Shown piece by piece: positions 20,976 to 30,118 of a DNA stretch of 37,919 nt (positions are counted from its first letter, which is position 1; each line of letters starts with the position of its first letter). The notes beneath the pieces are model-generated. The model had not been told where the DNA came from and did no database searches. It worked only from the letters and a program-made list of their open reading frames with translations. The position numbers were made by a program, and so were the translations under genes. The stretch lies in sequence record DRR723986_8468; one strand, written 5' to 3'.

Positions 20976-23900
20976 ATGAAGAACCTTTCCACTTTTCTAT
21001 GTATCCTGTGCATGTCCGCCCTTACGGTCATGGCGCAGGAGACGTTCCACGTCAACGGCGTTCACGATGATCGTCCTGACATTCACGCGCTGACGAATGC
21101 GCGGATAATAACGTCGCCCGGCAACACGATAGCCAAGGGGACTGTAGTTATTGTTGACGGCCGCATCAGCGCTGTGGGCGCCAATGTTTCAATTCCAGCC
21201 GGTGCAGTGGTGCACAATCTGGATGGCTTGACGCTCTACCCTGGATTTGTTGAACTGGACGGCAGCTACGGCATGCCCAAAGTCAAAGAAGCTGAGGGCT
21301 CCGACGGTCCGCAGATGACCACAAAAAAGAAAGGCGCATATAACTGGAATCAGGCGATTCGCTCTGAGACTAATGCGGCTGATATTTTTACGACAAATCA
21401 CGATGCCGCCGAAGAATTGCGCGCTCGTGGTTTCAGCACGGTGCTCTCACACCATCAGGACGGCATTGCGCGCGGAACTTCGGTTCTGGTTTCGACGGCC
21501 GACGCAGACGTGCACGAAGTTGTGCTGCGCGACAATGTTGCGGCGCACTACTCCTTTGACAAAGGCAGTTCTACACAGGACTATCCCGGTTCGCTGATGG
21601 GTGCAATTGCGCTCCTGCGCCAAACCTTCCTGGATGCCGACTGGTACGCCAAGGGCGGCGAACGCGAAGAGTTTAACATCACACTCGCCGAACTTAATGC
21701 AGCCAAAAACCTTCCGCAGTTTTTTGAAGTCACGAACCGACTTGACATTCTGCGCGCCTCCAAAATTGGCAAAGAGTTCAACACACAGTTTATTATTCGC
21801 GGCGGCAACGACAGCTATCAGCGTATCCCGGAGATTAAACAAGCTGGAATCGACCTGGTGGCACCGCTTGACTTCCCCGCCCCGTTTAATGTATCCGATC
21901 CATTTGACGCTTATGACATCAGTCTGGCGCGCATGCAGCACTGGGACCAGGCTCCGGCCGGACCAGCAAATCTGCGCAAGGCCGGCATTCGTTTTGCCTT
22001 AACAAGTGCGGACTCAGAGTCTTCCAAGGACTTCTGGAAGGGCTTGCGCACGGCAATTCAGTTTGGCCTCTCACCGGATGACGCGCTGGCAGCGTTAACA
22101 AATATTCCAGCTGAAATGGTGGGCGCCGAGGATGAAGTCGGCAGCATCAGCAGCGGCAAAGTTGCGAATATCCTGGTGACGACCGGCCTGATTGAGAATA
22201 AAGGCACAAGCCTGGTTCAGCACTGGGTGCAGGGCCACAAACACGAGCTTGGCAATGTTTACCTGCTGCAATTGCGCGGCAAATACTCACTTGACATTGA
22301 AGGCCTTGGATCATATGAACTGGACTTAAGTGGTGACGCCTCCGGCCTGAAAGCCAAAGTTGGCGATGAAAAAGCGACGATGGAGCTTTCCGGACGCTCG
22401 CTGTCTTTGAGTTTCCGTCCCGACGGCAAAGGCAGTGCCGTGCTGTTAAATGGCACGATTGAAGGCGAAGGCAAAGCCACGACTATGCAGGGCCGTGCCC
22501 AGCGCGTCGGCGGCAAGTGGACAAACTGGTCAGCCAAATACAAGTCGGGTCCGAAGGCTGAAAAAGAGACAGCCCTGGAATCCAAAAATCCAGTTACGCA
22601 GTTAACATTTCCCCTGGGAGCTTACGGCTGGGACAAATTGCCCACCGCCGGTAAGTTCCTGATCAAAAATGCGACTGTCTGGACCTGTGAGGCCGACGGC
22701 ATTCTGGAAGGCGCGGATGTTTTGGTCGAAAACGGCAAAATCAGTCAGGTGGGCCAAAACCTGAGTGCCGGTGGCGCAACCGAAATTGACGGCACGGGCA
22801 AACACGTCTCGCCTGGTGTAATTGATGAGCACTCACATATTGCCATCAGCCGTGGCGTTAACGAATGGACCCAGGCCAGCTCCGCCGAAGTGCGGATTGG
22901 CGATGTTGTTAACAGTGACGACGTCAACATTTACCGTCAGTTGGGTGGTGGTGTGACGTGTTCACAGCTGCTGCACGGATCAGCCAATCCGATTGGCGGG
23001 CAGTCGGCATTAATCAAACTGCGTTGGGGGCAGGCGCCTGAGTCGATGAAGTTTGAGAATGCGGACGGCTTTATCAAGTTCGCTCTGGGCGAAAATGTTA
23101 AGCAGTCCAACTGGGGCGATCTTAACACGGTACGTTTCCCGCAGACACGCATGGGCGTTGAACAGGTATTCGTTGATCACTTCACGCGCGCACTGGAATA
23201 TGAAAAGGTGTGGCAGGAATATAATGCTTTGGGTGCTGGGCAGAAGGCTTCTGTGACGGCGCCGCGCCGCGACCTGGATCTTGAGGCTTTGCTGGAAATC
23301 ATTCGGGCTGAGCGCTTTATCACTTGTCACTCATATGTGCAGTCTGAGATTTCGATGTTAATGGATGTGGCCGATCGTTTTGGCTTCCGCATTAACACCT
23401 TTACGCACATTCTGGAAGGTTATAAAGTTGCCGACATTATGGAGAGTCACAATGCCGGCGCTTCTTCCTTTGCCGACTGGTGGGCCTACAAATACGAAGT
23501 TATTGACGCGATTCCGCACAACGGCGCCATCATGCACCGCAAAGGAATTGTGACGGCGTTTAACAGTGACAGCCCGGAAATGGCACGGCGCCTCAACCAG
23601 GAAGCCGGCAAAGCTGTTAAGTATGGCGCTGTAAGCGAAGAAGAGGCGCTTAAGTTTGTGACGCTCAACCCAGCCAAACTGCTGCACATCGACAATCGCG
23701 TCGGCAGCATCAAAGTCGGCAAGGACGCCGACCTGGTTGTCTGGAGTGATCACCCGCTCTCAATTTACGCTAAAGCCGAACAGACTTTTGTTGATGGGAT
23801 TTTGATGTTTGACCGCGCGCGCGACGCTGAGCTGCATGCCGCAGCTGAAAGGCAGCGTCAGCAGCTGATTGATCAAATGCGCCTGGCGCAAGCTTCCGGA

Positions 23901-24017
23901 GCCGAGACGCAGGAAGCCGGCGAAGAGGAAGAATATCACTTCCACTGTGATGATGTCCACGACTTTGGTCGCGAACATGTTAAACATCACAGCCATGGTT
24001 CGCACGGTCACGAGTAA
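20976..24017 (+). CDS. Secreted amidohydrolase-family protein with two amidohydrolase domains and a His-rich tail
   Basis: Signal peptide MKNLSTFLCILCMSALTVMA-Q (start ATG 20976). The C-terminal domain has PGVIDEHSH, CH, FTH, NSD and GSIKVGKDADLV. The N-terminal domain lacks HxH. Confidence 0.9.
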   Translation: MKNLSTFLCILCMSALTVMAQETFHVNGVHDDRPDIHALTNARIITSPGNTIAKGTVVIVDGRISAVGANVSIPAGAVVHNLDGLTLYPGFVELDGSYGMPKVKEAEGSDGPQMTTKKKGAYNWNQAIRSETNAADIFTTNHDAAEELRARGFSTVLSHHQDGIARGTSVLVSTADADVHEVVLRDNVAAHYSFDKGSSTQDYPGSLMGAIALLRQTFLDADWYAKGGEREEFNITLAELNAAKNLPQFFEVTNRLDILRASKIGKEFNTQFIIRGGNDSYQRIPEIKQAGIDLVAPLDFPAPFNVSDPFDAYDISLARMQHWDQAPAGPANLRKAGIRFALTSADSESSKDFWKGLRTAIQFGLSPDDALAALTNIPAEMVGAEDEVGSISSGKVANILVTTGLIENKGTSLVQHWVQGHKHELGNVYLLQLRGKYSLDIEGLGSYELDLSGDASGLKAKVGDEKATMELSGRSLSLSFRPDGKGSAVLLNGTIEGEGKATTMQGRAQRVGGKWTNWSAKYKSGPKAEKETALESKNPVTQLTFPLGAYGWDKLPTAGKFLIKNATVWTCEADGILEGADVLVENGKISQVGQNLSAGGATEIDGTGKHVSPGVIDEHSHIAISRGVNEWTQASSAEVRIGDVVNSDDVNIYRQLGGGVTCSQLLHGSANPIGGQSALIKLRWGQAPESMKFENADGFIKFALGENVKQSNWGDLNTVRFPQTRMGVEQVFVDHFTRALEYEKVWQEYNALGAGQKASVTAPRRDLDLEALLEIIRAERFITCHSYVQSEISMLMDVADRFGFRINTFTHILEGYKVADIMESHNAGASSFADWWAYKYEVIDAIPHNGAIMHRKGIVTAFNSDSPEMARRLNQEAGKAVKYGAVSEEEALKFVTLNPAKLLHIDNRVGSIKVGKDADLVVWSDHPLSIYAKAEQTFVDGILMFDRARDAELHAAAERQRQQLIDQMRLAQASGAETQEAGEEEEYHFHCDDVHDFGREHVKHHSHGSHGHE

Positions 24018-24074
24018 TGCAGCCCTGCATTTAACATCAACAATTTTTGACTACACAATTTTGACTGAATACAT

Positions 24075-25403
24075 ATGAAATCTATTACTCTAATTTTTGT
24101 CTGCGTCTTCATGAGCACGGCGGCTCTCTGGGCTCAGGTGCCCGCGCCGGGCGATGCGCAGACACAAGCAATTTTTCTTAGCAATGCTACGCTGCACCTT
24201 GGCAACGGCTCAGTTGTCAACGACGGCGTCATTGGTTTTGACAGTGGAAAAATCACTGCGCTCGGCAGCAGCGCAGAAGTAAACGTACCTGCCGGCGCGG
24301 ATGTCCGCGATATGAAGGGCGCACATATTTACCCCAGCCTCATCGCTCCCAGCACGAGCCTGGGACTGGTTGAAATTGGAGCTGTACGGGCCACTCGTGA
24401 TCAAAACGAAGTTGGTGCGCTCAATCCAAACGTCCGTTCGCTGGTAGCCTACAACACCAGTTCGCGTGTGACGCCCACCGTGCGCTCGAATGGAATTCTG
24501 GTGGCCCAGGTTACGCCTGGCGGCGGGCGCATTCCCGGCACGTCCAGCCTGGTACACTTTGATGCCTGGAATTGGCGCGACGCTGCAATTGTGGCCGACG
24601 ATGGTGTTCACCTGAACTGGCCGCGCATGACGGTACCAGCCAATGCCGACGAAAAAGACAAGAAGAAACGGCGTGAAGAACGCGCCGAACAGTTGGCTGA
24701 AATCCACGCTTTGTTTACTGAGGCGCAGGCCTACGGTCAAATTGCCAATCCTGAAAAGCGCAACCTGAAGTTGGAAGCTCTCAGCATGCTCTGGCCCCGC
24801 AAAACAGCCACGACGAAAGACTTGCCGACGCGTCAGTTGTTTATTGGTGCCAGTGACGCCCGTTCAATTATGGCGGCGCTAAACTTTGCAGGTGAGTACG
24901 ATCTAAAACCAATCATTATCGGTGGAGCAGATAGTTGGCTGTTAACAGACCAGCTCAAGGCTGCCGGCGCTTCGGTAATTTATCAGCCGACGCACCGCCT
25001 GCCACGCCGCAGACACGAAGCAATTGACCAGCCGTTCAAAACACCGGCGCTCCTGCACGCTGCCGGCATTCCATTTTGTTTAAGTGGCAATGGTAGCTGG
25101 GACGTGCGCAACCTGCCTTTCCTGGCCGGAACCGCAGCCGCATATGGACTGGAACGCGAACAGGCAGTAGCGGCAATGACTTCCAACACTGCCAAGATTT
25201 TGGGTATCGACGACAAACTTGGAACACTTGAAGTTGGCAAAGCCGCCACATTATTTGTTTCCGAGGGCGATGTGCTCGACATGCGCGGCAACAACATTCT
25301 GCACGCCTTTGTTGACGGACGCGAAGTTGACCTGAGCAACAAACAGAAGGAACTCTACAAGAAGTTCTCCAAAAAATATGGCTTGCCGGCACCGCGACCC
25401 TAA
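24075..25403 (+). CDS. Secreted amidohydrolase-fold protein, probably non-catalytic partner
   Basis: Signal peptide; GAHIYPSLIAP in place of HxH; LGLVEIGAVRAT; GTLEVGKAATL. Confidence 0.88.
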   Translation: MKSITLIFVCVFMSTAALWAQVPAPGDAQTQAIFLSNATLHLGNGSVVNDGVIGFDSGKITALGSSAEVNVPAGADVRDMKGAHIYPSLIAPSTSLGLVEIGAVRATRDQNEVGALNPNVRSLVAYNTSSRVTPTVRSNGILVAQVTPGGGRIPGTSSLVHFDAWNWRDAAIVADDGVHLNWPRMTVPANADEKDKKKRREERAEQLAEIHALFTEAQAYGQIANPEKRNLKLEALSMLWPRKTATTKDLPTRQLFIGASDARSIMAALNFAGEYDLKPIIIGGADSWLLTDQLKAAGASVIYQPTHRLPRRRHEAIDQPFKTPALLHAAGIPFCLSGNGSWDVRNLPFLAGTAAAYGLEREQAVAAMTSNTAKILGIDDKLGTLEVGKAATLFVSEGDVLDMRGNNILHAFVDGREVDLSNKQKELYKKFSKKYGLPAPRP

Positions 25404-25538
25404 CTGCTAACTGCAATTGACAGTGTGGAGTTTTGTTGGGTTAACTGATTTCCAGAGCAGGCCGTGGGCATATGTGTTCATGGCCTGTTCTATTTAACAT
25501 CTTTCACTGGACGAACAATTCAAATCGGAGCAGCAGAT

Positions 25539-26069
25539 ATGGAACAGGGCCTGAAAGACAAAACCGGAAAAACACTCGACGAATGGATCAAGATTGTTAA
25601 AACACAAAAACTTGAGAAACACGGCGAGATTCTTAAGTATCTAAAGAGTGAGCACAGTTTTACGCATGGTTTCGCCAATTTTGTTTCACTAAAAGCACGC
25701 GCCGCGGATGCTGCTTCCTTCAGCGAAGAAGATTTACTGGCCGCGCAGTACAAAGGCAAGGAAACGCTCAGAACAATCTACGATTCGCTGCTCAAAAGCA
25801 TTCAGGCTTTTGGCGACGACGTGCAAGTGGCTCCTAAAAAAGCCGCCGTCAGCTTCAAAACCGGCAAACAGTTTGCGCTTATTCAGCCTTCAACAAAAAC
25901 GCGCGTTGACCTTGGCTTAAAGTTAAAAGGTGTTGACAACAGTGGCCGCCTGGAAGGCTCCGGTCCCTTTGGCTCGATGTGCACACACCGCATCAAACTC
26001 AGCGATGTCAGCGACATTGACGAAGAAGTCATCGCCTGGATTAAACAAGCTTACGATGCTTCTAAATAA
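25539..26069 (+). CDS. DUF4287/DUF5655 domain protein
   Basis: KTGKTLDEW...KHGEILKYLKSEH.FTHGFAN (DUF4287-like), then PKK..VS...KQFALIQP.TKTRVDLGL...WIKQAYD (DUF5655-like); GGAG SD 8 nt before ATG 25539. Confidence 0.85.
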   Translation: MEQGLKDKTGKTLDEWIKIVKTQKLEKHGEILKYLKSEHSFTHGFANFVSLKARAADAASFSEEDLLAAQYKGKETLRTIYDSLLKSIQAFGDDVQVAPKKAAVSFKTGKQFALIQPSTKTRVDLGLKLKGVDNSGRLEGSGPFGSMCTHRIKLSDVSDIDEEVIAWIKQAYDASK

Positions 26070-26215
26070 TGCGGCATGTATCTGGTTAACTCACACATTC
26101 ATACCGGCAACCCCAGAGGCTTTTTACACATAGACAAACGGCATTTCCGGTAAACCAACACTGTTGGTCTGGATCTTGGTTTGGGCTTTTAATGAGTTAA
26201 ACCGGACTCCCGGCA

Positions 26216-26409
26216 GCTGCGCCTTTTCACTGCGTTCACCGGCTGGCTGGTTTGAGCGCTGCGCCGCCCTCATTACCATTCGGTGGCTGGCTGGTTCTTT
26301 TTGTTTGGCCTTGAATGACGAACTACAAGCTGATGAACTTGTGAGCGGGCTTTGGGTTAAAGGCTTACCAGTTAAAGTCGGACCTGGGACTTTGGGTTTG
26401 ACGGCTGGA
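26216..26409 (+). repeat. Dispersed intergenic repeat, tandem copies B1/B2 plus the 19-mer block
   Basis: GCTGCGCC...TCA...TTC...GGCTGGCTGGTT at 26216-26252 and 26258-26296; TTTGGGTTTGACGGCTGGA at 26391-26409; homologous to 15497-15572. Confidence 0.7.
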
Positions 26410-26606
26410 TGACGGACGCAATGAATTGTGTTTAAAGACTGGAAGACTAACAAGAAAATCATAGAGCCTGAGACCGCAATGAAATGTAGGGCTCAAAGCG
26501 ATCCGATGCGCAAGGGATCAACTGCCTGCCAAGCCGCCCCCCATAAACTCTGCCGTGAACCGAAGTGACCGGATGTGCCTGAATTGTCAGCAGCTGAAGT
26601 TGCAAC

Positions 26607-26637
26607 AAAAAAAATGCCACTCGGGATGGAGTGGCAT
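26607..26637 (-). terminator. Intrinsic terminator of the TonB receptor-DUF4249 operon
   Basis: Minus strand ATGCCACTC-catccc-GAGTGGCAT followed by TTTTTTT. Confidence 0.9.
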
Positions 26638-26691
26638 AACAGCTTAAGCTACAGTCTTAACATCAAAATTGTGCATTCGAATCAGCGGAGG

Positions 26692-27585
26692 TCAGGGGCT
26701 TTGGTTCTTTAAGATAAACACCGTATCCGTAATTGTTGCAGCAGCAGCAAAGACCCCGGTTCCATCACCCTCAACAGACGCAAGGCGAAAATCGTATTCC
26801 GTGCTACCGCGATGTGTTAAACGAAACCACTCGTAATACTCCTGGTTCGGTGCGTAAATAGTGACAGATTGTTTACCATACCACTTAAACGCAAACCAGA
26901 CAACCGGAGATGAGTTGATGCCGGCAAAACCCCAACGAATCACTTCTTCAAAGTTGGGCGCATCTTCCTCCCAAAAGCGATAAATACGCCGGTTTTGCTC
27001 TTCTGTGGGCGGATCCAAATACTGGCCATAACCCAATGTATCTTCACAACGCACGCCAATTAAATAGGCTGGAGCGTCATCAACTGCCGTCCATTTAAGG
27101 TCGAGTGAGTCGGGAGAATCGAGCGAAATTGTGTCGAGAGGATACTGCAGAACATCGGGCGAATCTTTTGTCCAGGCGATACTTTGCGGCGTACGCGTAA
27201 CTCCCTGAATAAACTTCCCATCGCTTGTGCGTACCTCGATACGGTACAGGAATGAGGGTTTAACAAGGTAAGTCTGGTCGTCGTAAAAGTAATCGCCCAA
27301 ACCATCTTCCGTCTCGCGATACGTTAACTGCAGCGGTGTATCACCATCAAAGATGATAACGTCCGCATCACTAATCAGCGAGTTGGCGTAACGAAAAGTA
27401 TCGAGGACAGGCTGCGTTAGGCTGATGCGAATTCCGTTAATCGGCTGATCGACGTAAAGAAAAGCTTCGACGAGCACTTGCGGAATATAGTTATCTTCGG
27501 GCACGGGATCTTCGCATGCGTTAAGGAACACGAGACCGAGCAGCAGCGCCGTTGAGGCGAATATTTTGGTTGTCATATTTTTCAT
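26692..27585 (-). CDS. DUF4249-family outer membrane lipoprotein
   Basis: Lipobox FLNA-C-ED, VLVEAFL, C-terminal SVEGDGTGVF; directly downstream of the TonB receptor with an AGGAG SD. Confidence 0.8.
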   Translation of the reverse strand: MKNMTTKIFASTALLLGLVFLNACEDPVPEDNYIPQVLVEAFLYVDQPINGIRISLTQPVLDTFRYANSLISDADVIIFDGDTPLQLTYRETEDGLGDYFYDDQTYLVKPSFLYRIEVRTSDGKFIQGVTRTPQSIAWTKDSPDVLQYPLDTISLDSPDSLDLKWTAVDDAPAYLIGVRCEDTLGYGQYLDPPTEEQNRRIYRFWEEDAPNFEEVIRWGFAGINSSPVVWFAFKWYGKQSVTIYAPNQEYYEWFRLTHRGSTEYDFRLASVEGDGTGVFAAAATITDTVFILKNQSP

Positions 27586-27602
27586 AGTGTACTCCTGGGG
27601 GA

Positions 27603-29924
27603 TTAGAACTTCACTTCCAGGGCTATTGTCGGCAAAATTGGCAACAAGCGAACGTCGGTAACTTCTGTCGGGTTTTCGTCGGTTTCGTAGAATCTGAACC
27701 AGATATCGCGGCGAGAATAGACGTTAAACACGTCAATCAGGAGGCGCGCCGGCAGATCAAAAATCGTCATATTGTAGTTGATATTAAGATTCAACTGATG
27801 CGAGTTGGGCAGGCGCAGGCTGTAACGATCGGCCGGAATGGTAATCGTATTGCCCACGTTTTCTCCTGGGAAAAAGCTCCCGAACTGGGAGGTAGCAGGC
27901 GTGTAGGATTGACCAGACTGGAAGGTGAATGAACCACCGACTTCCCAGTCTTCGTTAATCTTGTAGTTCGCCACGATTTTGAGGTCATGCCTGCGGTCGT
28001 ACCTGGGCCTGAAGCTGCGCCCCTGGTTAACACTATCGAAACGCGCAGAAATCCAGCCGAGCGAGTAGCCGATCCAGCCTGTTAAGTCACCACGCTGTTT
28101 CTGAACAAAAATCTCAGCACCGTATGATTCACCTTCACCAACAAAAAACACATCGGCTGTGTTCTCCGCATCAACCACAAAGCGGTTTAACTCGGAGATG
28201 TTTGAGAGGTCTTTATAGTAGACATCAAAGTTAAGTGTGTAGTCGTTGCTCAGCTCGGTTTCAATTGCCGCAATGTAGTGCATGGCGCTTGAAATCGGCA
28301 CGGTAGAATCGGTCGGCAGCCAGGTATCAAAAAATGTGAAGTCGGGGTTGCTGGCCAGGCGCAGGTGTTGATGAAAAACACCCCAGGCAGCTTTAAAGGC
28401 CCAATCTTCAGTTAATTGATAACGCATTGCCAGACGTGGATCAAACGAAAGGTCTTCACCTAAATCGATATAGTTTGCGCGCAGACCAGCCTGCAGCGAG
28501 AGACGCTGATCGACCTGATAGTTGGTTTGGCCAAACAGAGCGTAAACTCCGTCGCGGATAATCAGGTTGGTACTTCCCGTTTCTGTTTCGCCTTCTTCAA
28601 CAGTTGTACGGTCACCACGGAAATTCTGGAAGTAGCCGAATTCCAGACGAGAAGCCTCAAAACCACCCTGAAGTGTTAAGTCATCAGAGGTAAACCACTC
28701 AAAGTTCCCCTTGGCGGAGAAGTCTTCGATATAGTTTTCAACTTCAAACTGAAATCCGGAGTTATCACCGTTAAATCCATTGGTGTACTTACTTCCGGTC
28801 AGGTTAAGTGTCGTAAAGAAACTGTCGCCATACAGACGCGTCCAGCGCAGCGCGCCGGTAACGTTGGAAATTCCAATATTAAACTCGAGGCCGGCGGCTT
28901 CCAGTTTAAGATCATCGGCACTTGTAAAACCGCTAGCGAAGATGCGGTCATTGTCGGATATTTTCTGTGAAATTTTGGCGTTAATATCGTAGAATGCAAA
29001 GTCCGGCAGTGGTTCATCCGGATCCTCAGGAACCAGGTTGACAATCAGATCCAGATACGTTCGGCGGCCGCCGATGAAGAAGGACCCGTTACCCAGTGGA
29101 CCTTCGAGCGAGAGCCGCGAGGAGACAATCCCTAAAGATGCGAGGCCACCAAATTCATTCTGGTTTCCATCTTTCTGTGTTAACTCCAGCACAGCTGAGA
29201 GACGCCCGCCATATGTTGCCGGGAATCCACCTTTAATCAGCTCAACGTCTTTAATGGCGTCGGTGTTAAACGTAGAGAAGAAGCCGAAGAGGTGTGAAGG
29301 GTTGTAGACGGTAATGCCGTCAATCAGCACCAGGTTCTGGTCTGGGGAACCGCCGCGAACAAACAGGCCACTGGAGAGCTGCGAAGATGTTAAAACACCT
29401 GGCAGGTACTGCAGTGAGCGGAAGACGTCGGCTTCACCACCGATGCGCAACTGTTTAAGTTGTTCAACGGGGATATTGACTTTACTGATTGTGATTTGAC
29501 GTTTTTCAACTTGTTTATCGGCTAAGACCTCAACGCCTTCGGTCTCAACATCCTGTTCGCTCAGGTCGATTTCGAGCGACGCAGCCTGATCGGCTTTGAC
29601 CTCTACTTCGACTTCGCGGGAGCGATACCCGAGGAAACTGACTATCAGCGTGTACTTCCCCGGCGGGACATCCGCGATGGAAAAGAATCCGGCTTTGTTG
29701 GTAAATGCGCCGAGGCGTGTGCCCTTGATTGCCACTGTCGCAGAGATTAAGGTCTCACGCGAGAGGCTATCAACAACGTATCCGTTGACTACGCCAACCG
29801 GACTTTGAAGACTTGGCGAGGCCGGTACTGCCGGCAGTGGGCCGGGAGTGGCCGCAGGGAGAAGTATCGAACTTGTGAATAGTAATAATCCACATGCGAC
29901 CATTAGCAATGACCGCTGACCCAT
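27603..29924 (-). CDS. TonB-dependent receptor with N-terminal carboxypeptidase-regulatory-like domain
   Basis: GYVVDS..ETLISATV...TNKAGFFSI...SFLGY; plug LPGV...VRGGSPDQNLVLIDG; KGGFPATYGGRLS; C-terminal F. Confidence 0.93.
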   Translation of the reverse strand: MGQRSLLMVACGLLLFTSSILLPAATPGPLPAVPASPSLQSPVGVVNGYVVDSLSRETLISATVAIKGTRLGAFTNKAGFFSIADVPPGKYTLIVSFLGYRSREVEVEVKADQAASLEIDLSEQDVETEGVEVLADKQVEKRQITISKVNIPVEQLKQLRIGGEADVFRSLQYLPGVLTSSQLSSGLFVRGGSPDQNLVLIDGITVYNPSHLFGFFSTFNTDAIKDVELIKGGFPATYGGRLSAVLELTQKDGNQNEFGGLASLGIVSSRLSLEGPLGNGSFFIGGRRTYLDLIVNLVPEDPDEPLPDFAFYDINAKISQKISDNDRIFASGFTSADDLKLEAAGLEFNIGISNVTGALRWTRLYGDSFFTTLNLTGSKYTNGFNGDNSGFQFEVENYIEDFSAKGNFEWFTSDDLTLQGGFEASRLEFGYFQNFRGDRTTVEEGETETGSTNLIIRDGVYALFGQTNYQVDQRLSLQAGLRANYIDLGEDLSFDPRLAMRYQLTEDWAFKAAWGVFHQHLRLASNPDFTFFDTWLPTDSTVPISSAMHYIAAIETELSNDYTLNFDVYYKDLSNISELNRFVVDAENTADVFFVGEGESYGAEIFVQKQRGDLTGWIGYSLGWISARFDSVNQGRSFRPRYDRRHDLKIVANYKINEDWEVGGSFTFQSGQSYTPATSQFGSFFPGENVGNTITIPADRYSLRLPNSHQLNLNINYNMTIFDLPARLLIDVFNVYSRRDIWFRFYETDENPTEVTDVRLLPILPTIALEVKF

Positions 29925-30118
29925 GTTCTACGTCCTTATCAATCATGAAATGTGCCGCTGCCTGCAACTACAGTCCGCGGAGCCAAACAGGAAGGAATAC
30001 TGCCGTTTAGTAAATGCGACTTTTCCTGACCGCCGCAACAGACGGTTGCTCGCGGTCTTTGTTGCGCTTTTTTTGATGCCTATTTGCACAAAACGGCATA
30101 TAAATGGAGTGAGAGACT

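Noticed and set aside
26216-26296. Two ~37-bp repeats as a mini-CRISPR
   Set aside because: Only 5 nt between copies, the copies are divergent, and there are no cas genes.
26124-26462. Minus-strand ORFs 26124-26462 and 15412-15639 sharing QPAxExSExAQ
   Set aside because: The similarity follows from the DNA repeat; block spacing differs and the ORFs are otherwise unrelated, so a non-coding repeat is more parsimonious.
29925-30118. Possible riboswitch upstream of the TonB receptor
   Set aside because: A hairpin (GACCGC...GCGGTC) is present, but no cobalamin or TPP consensus elements were found.
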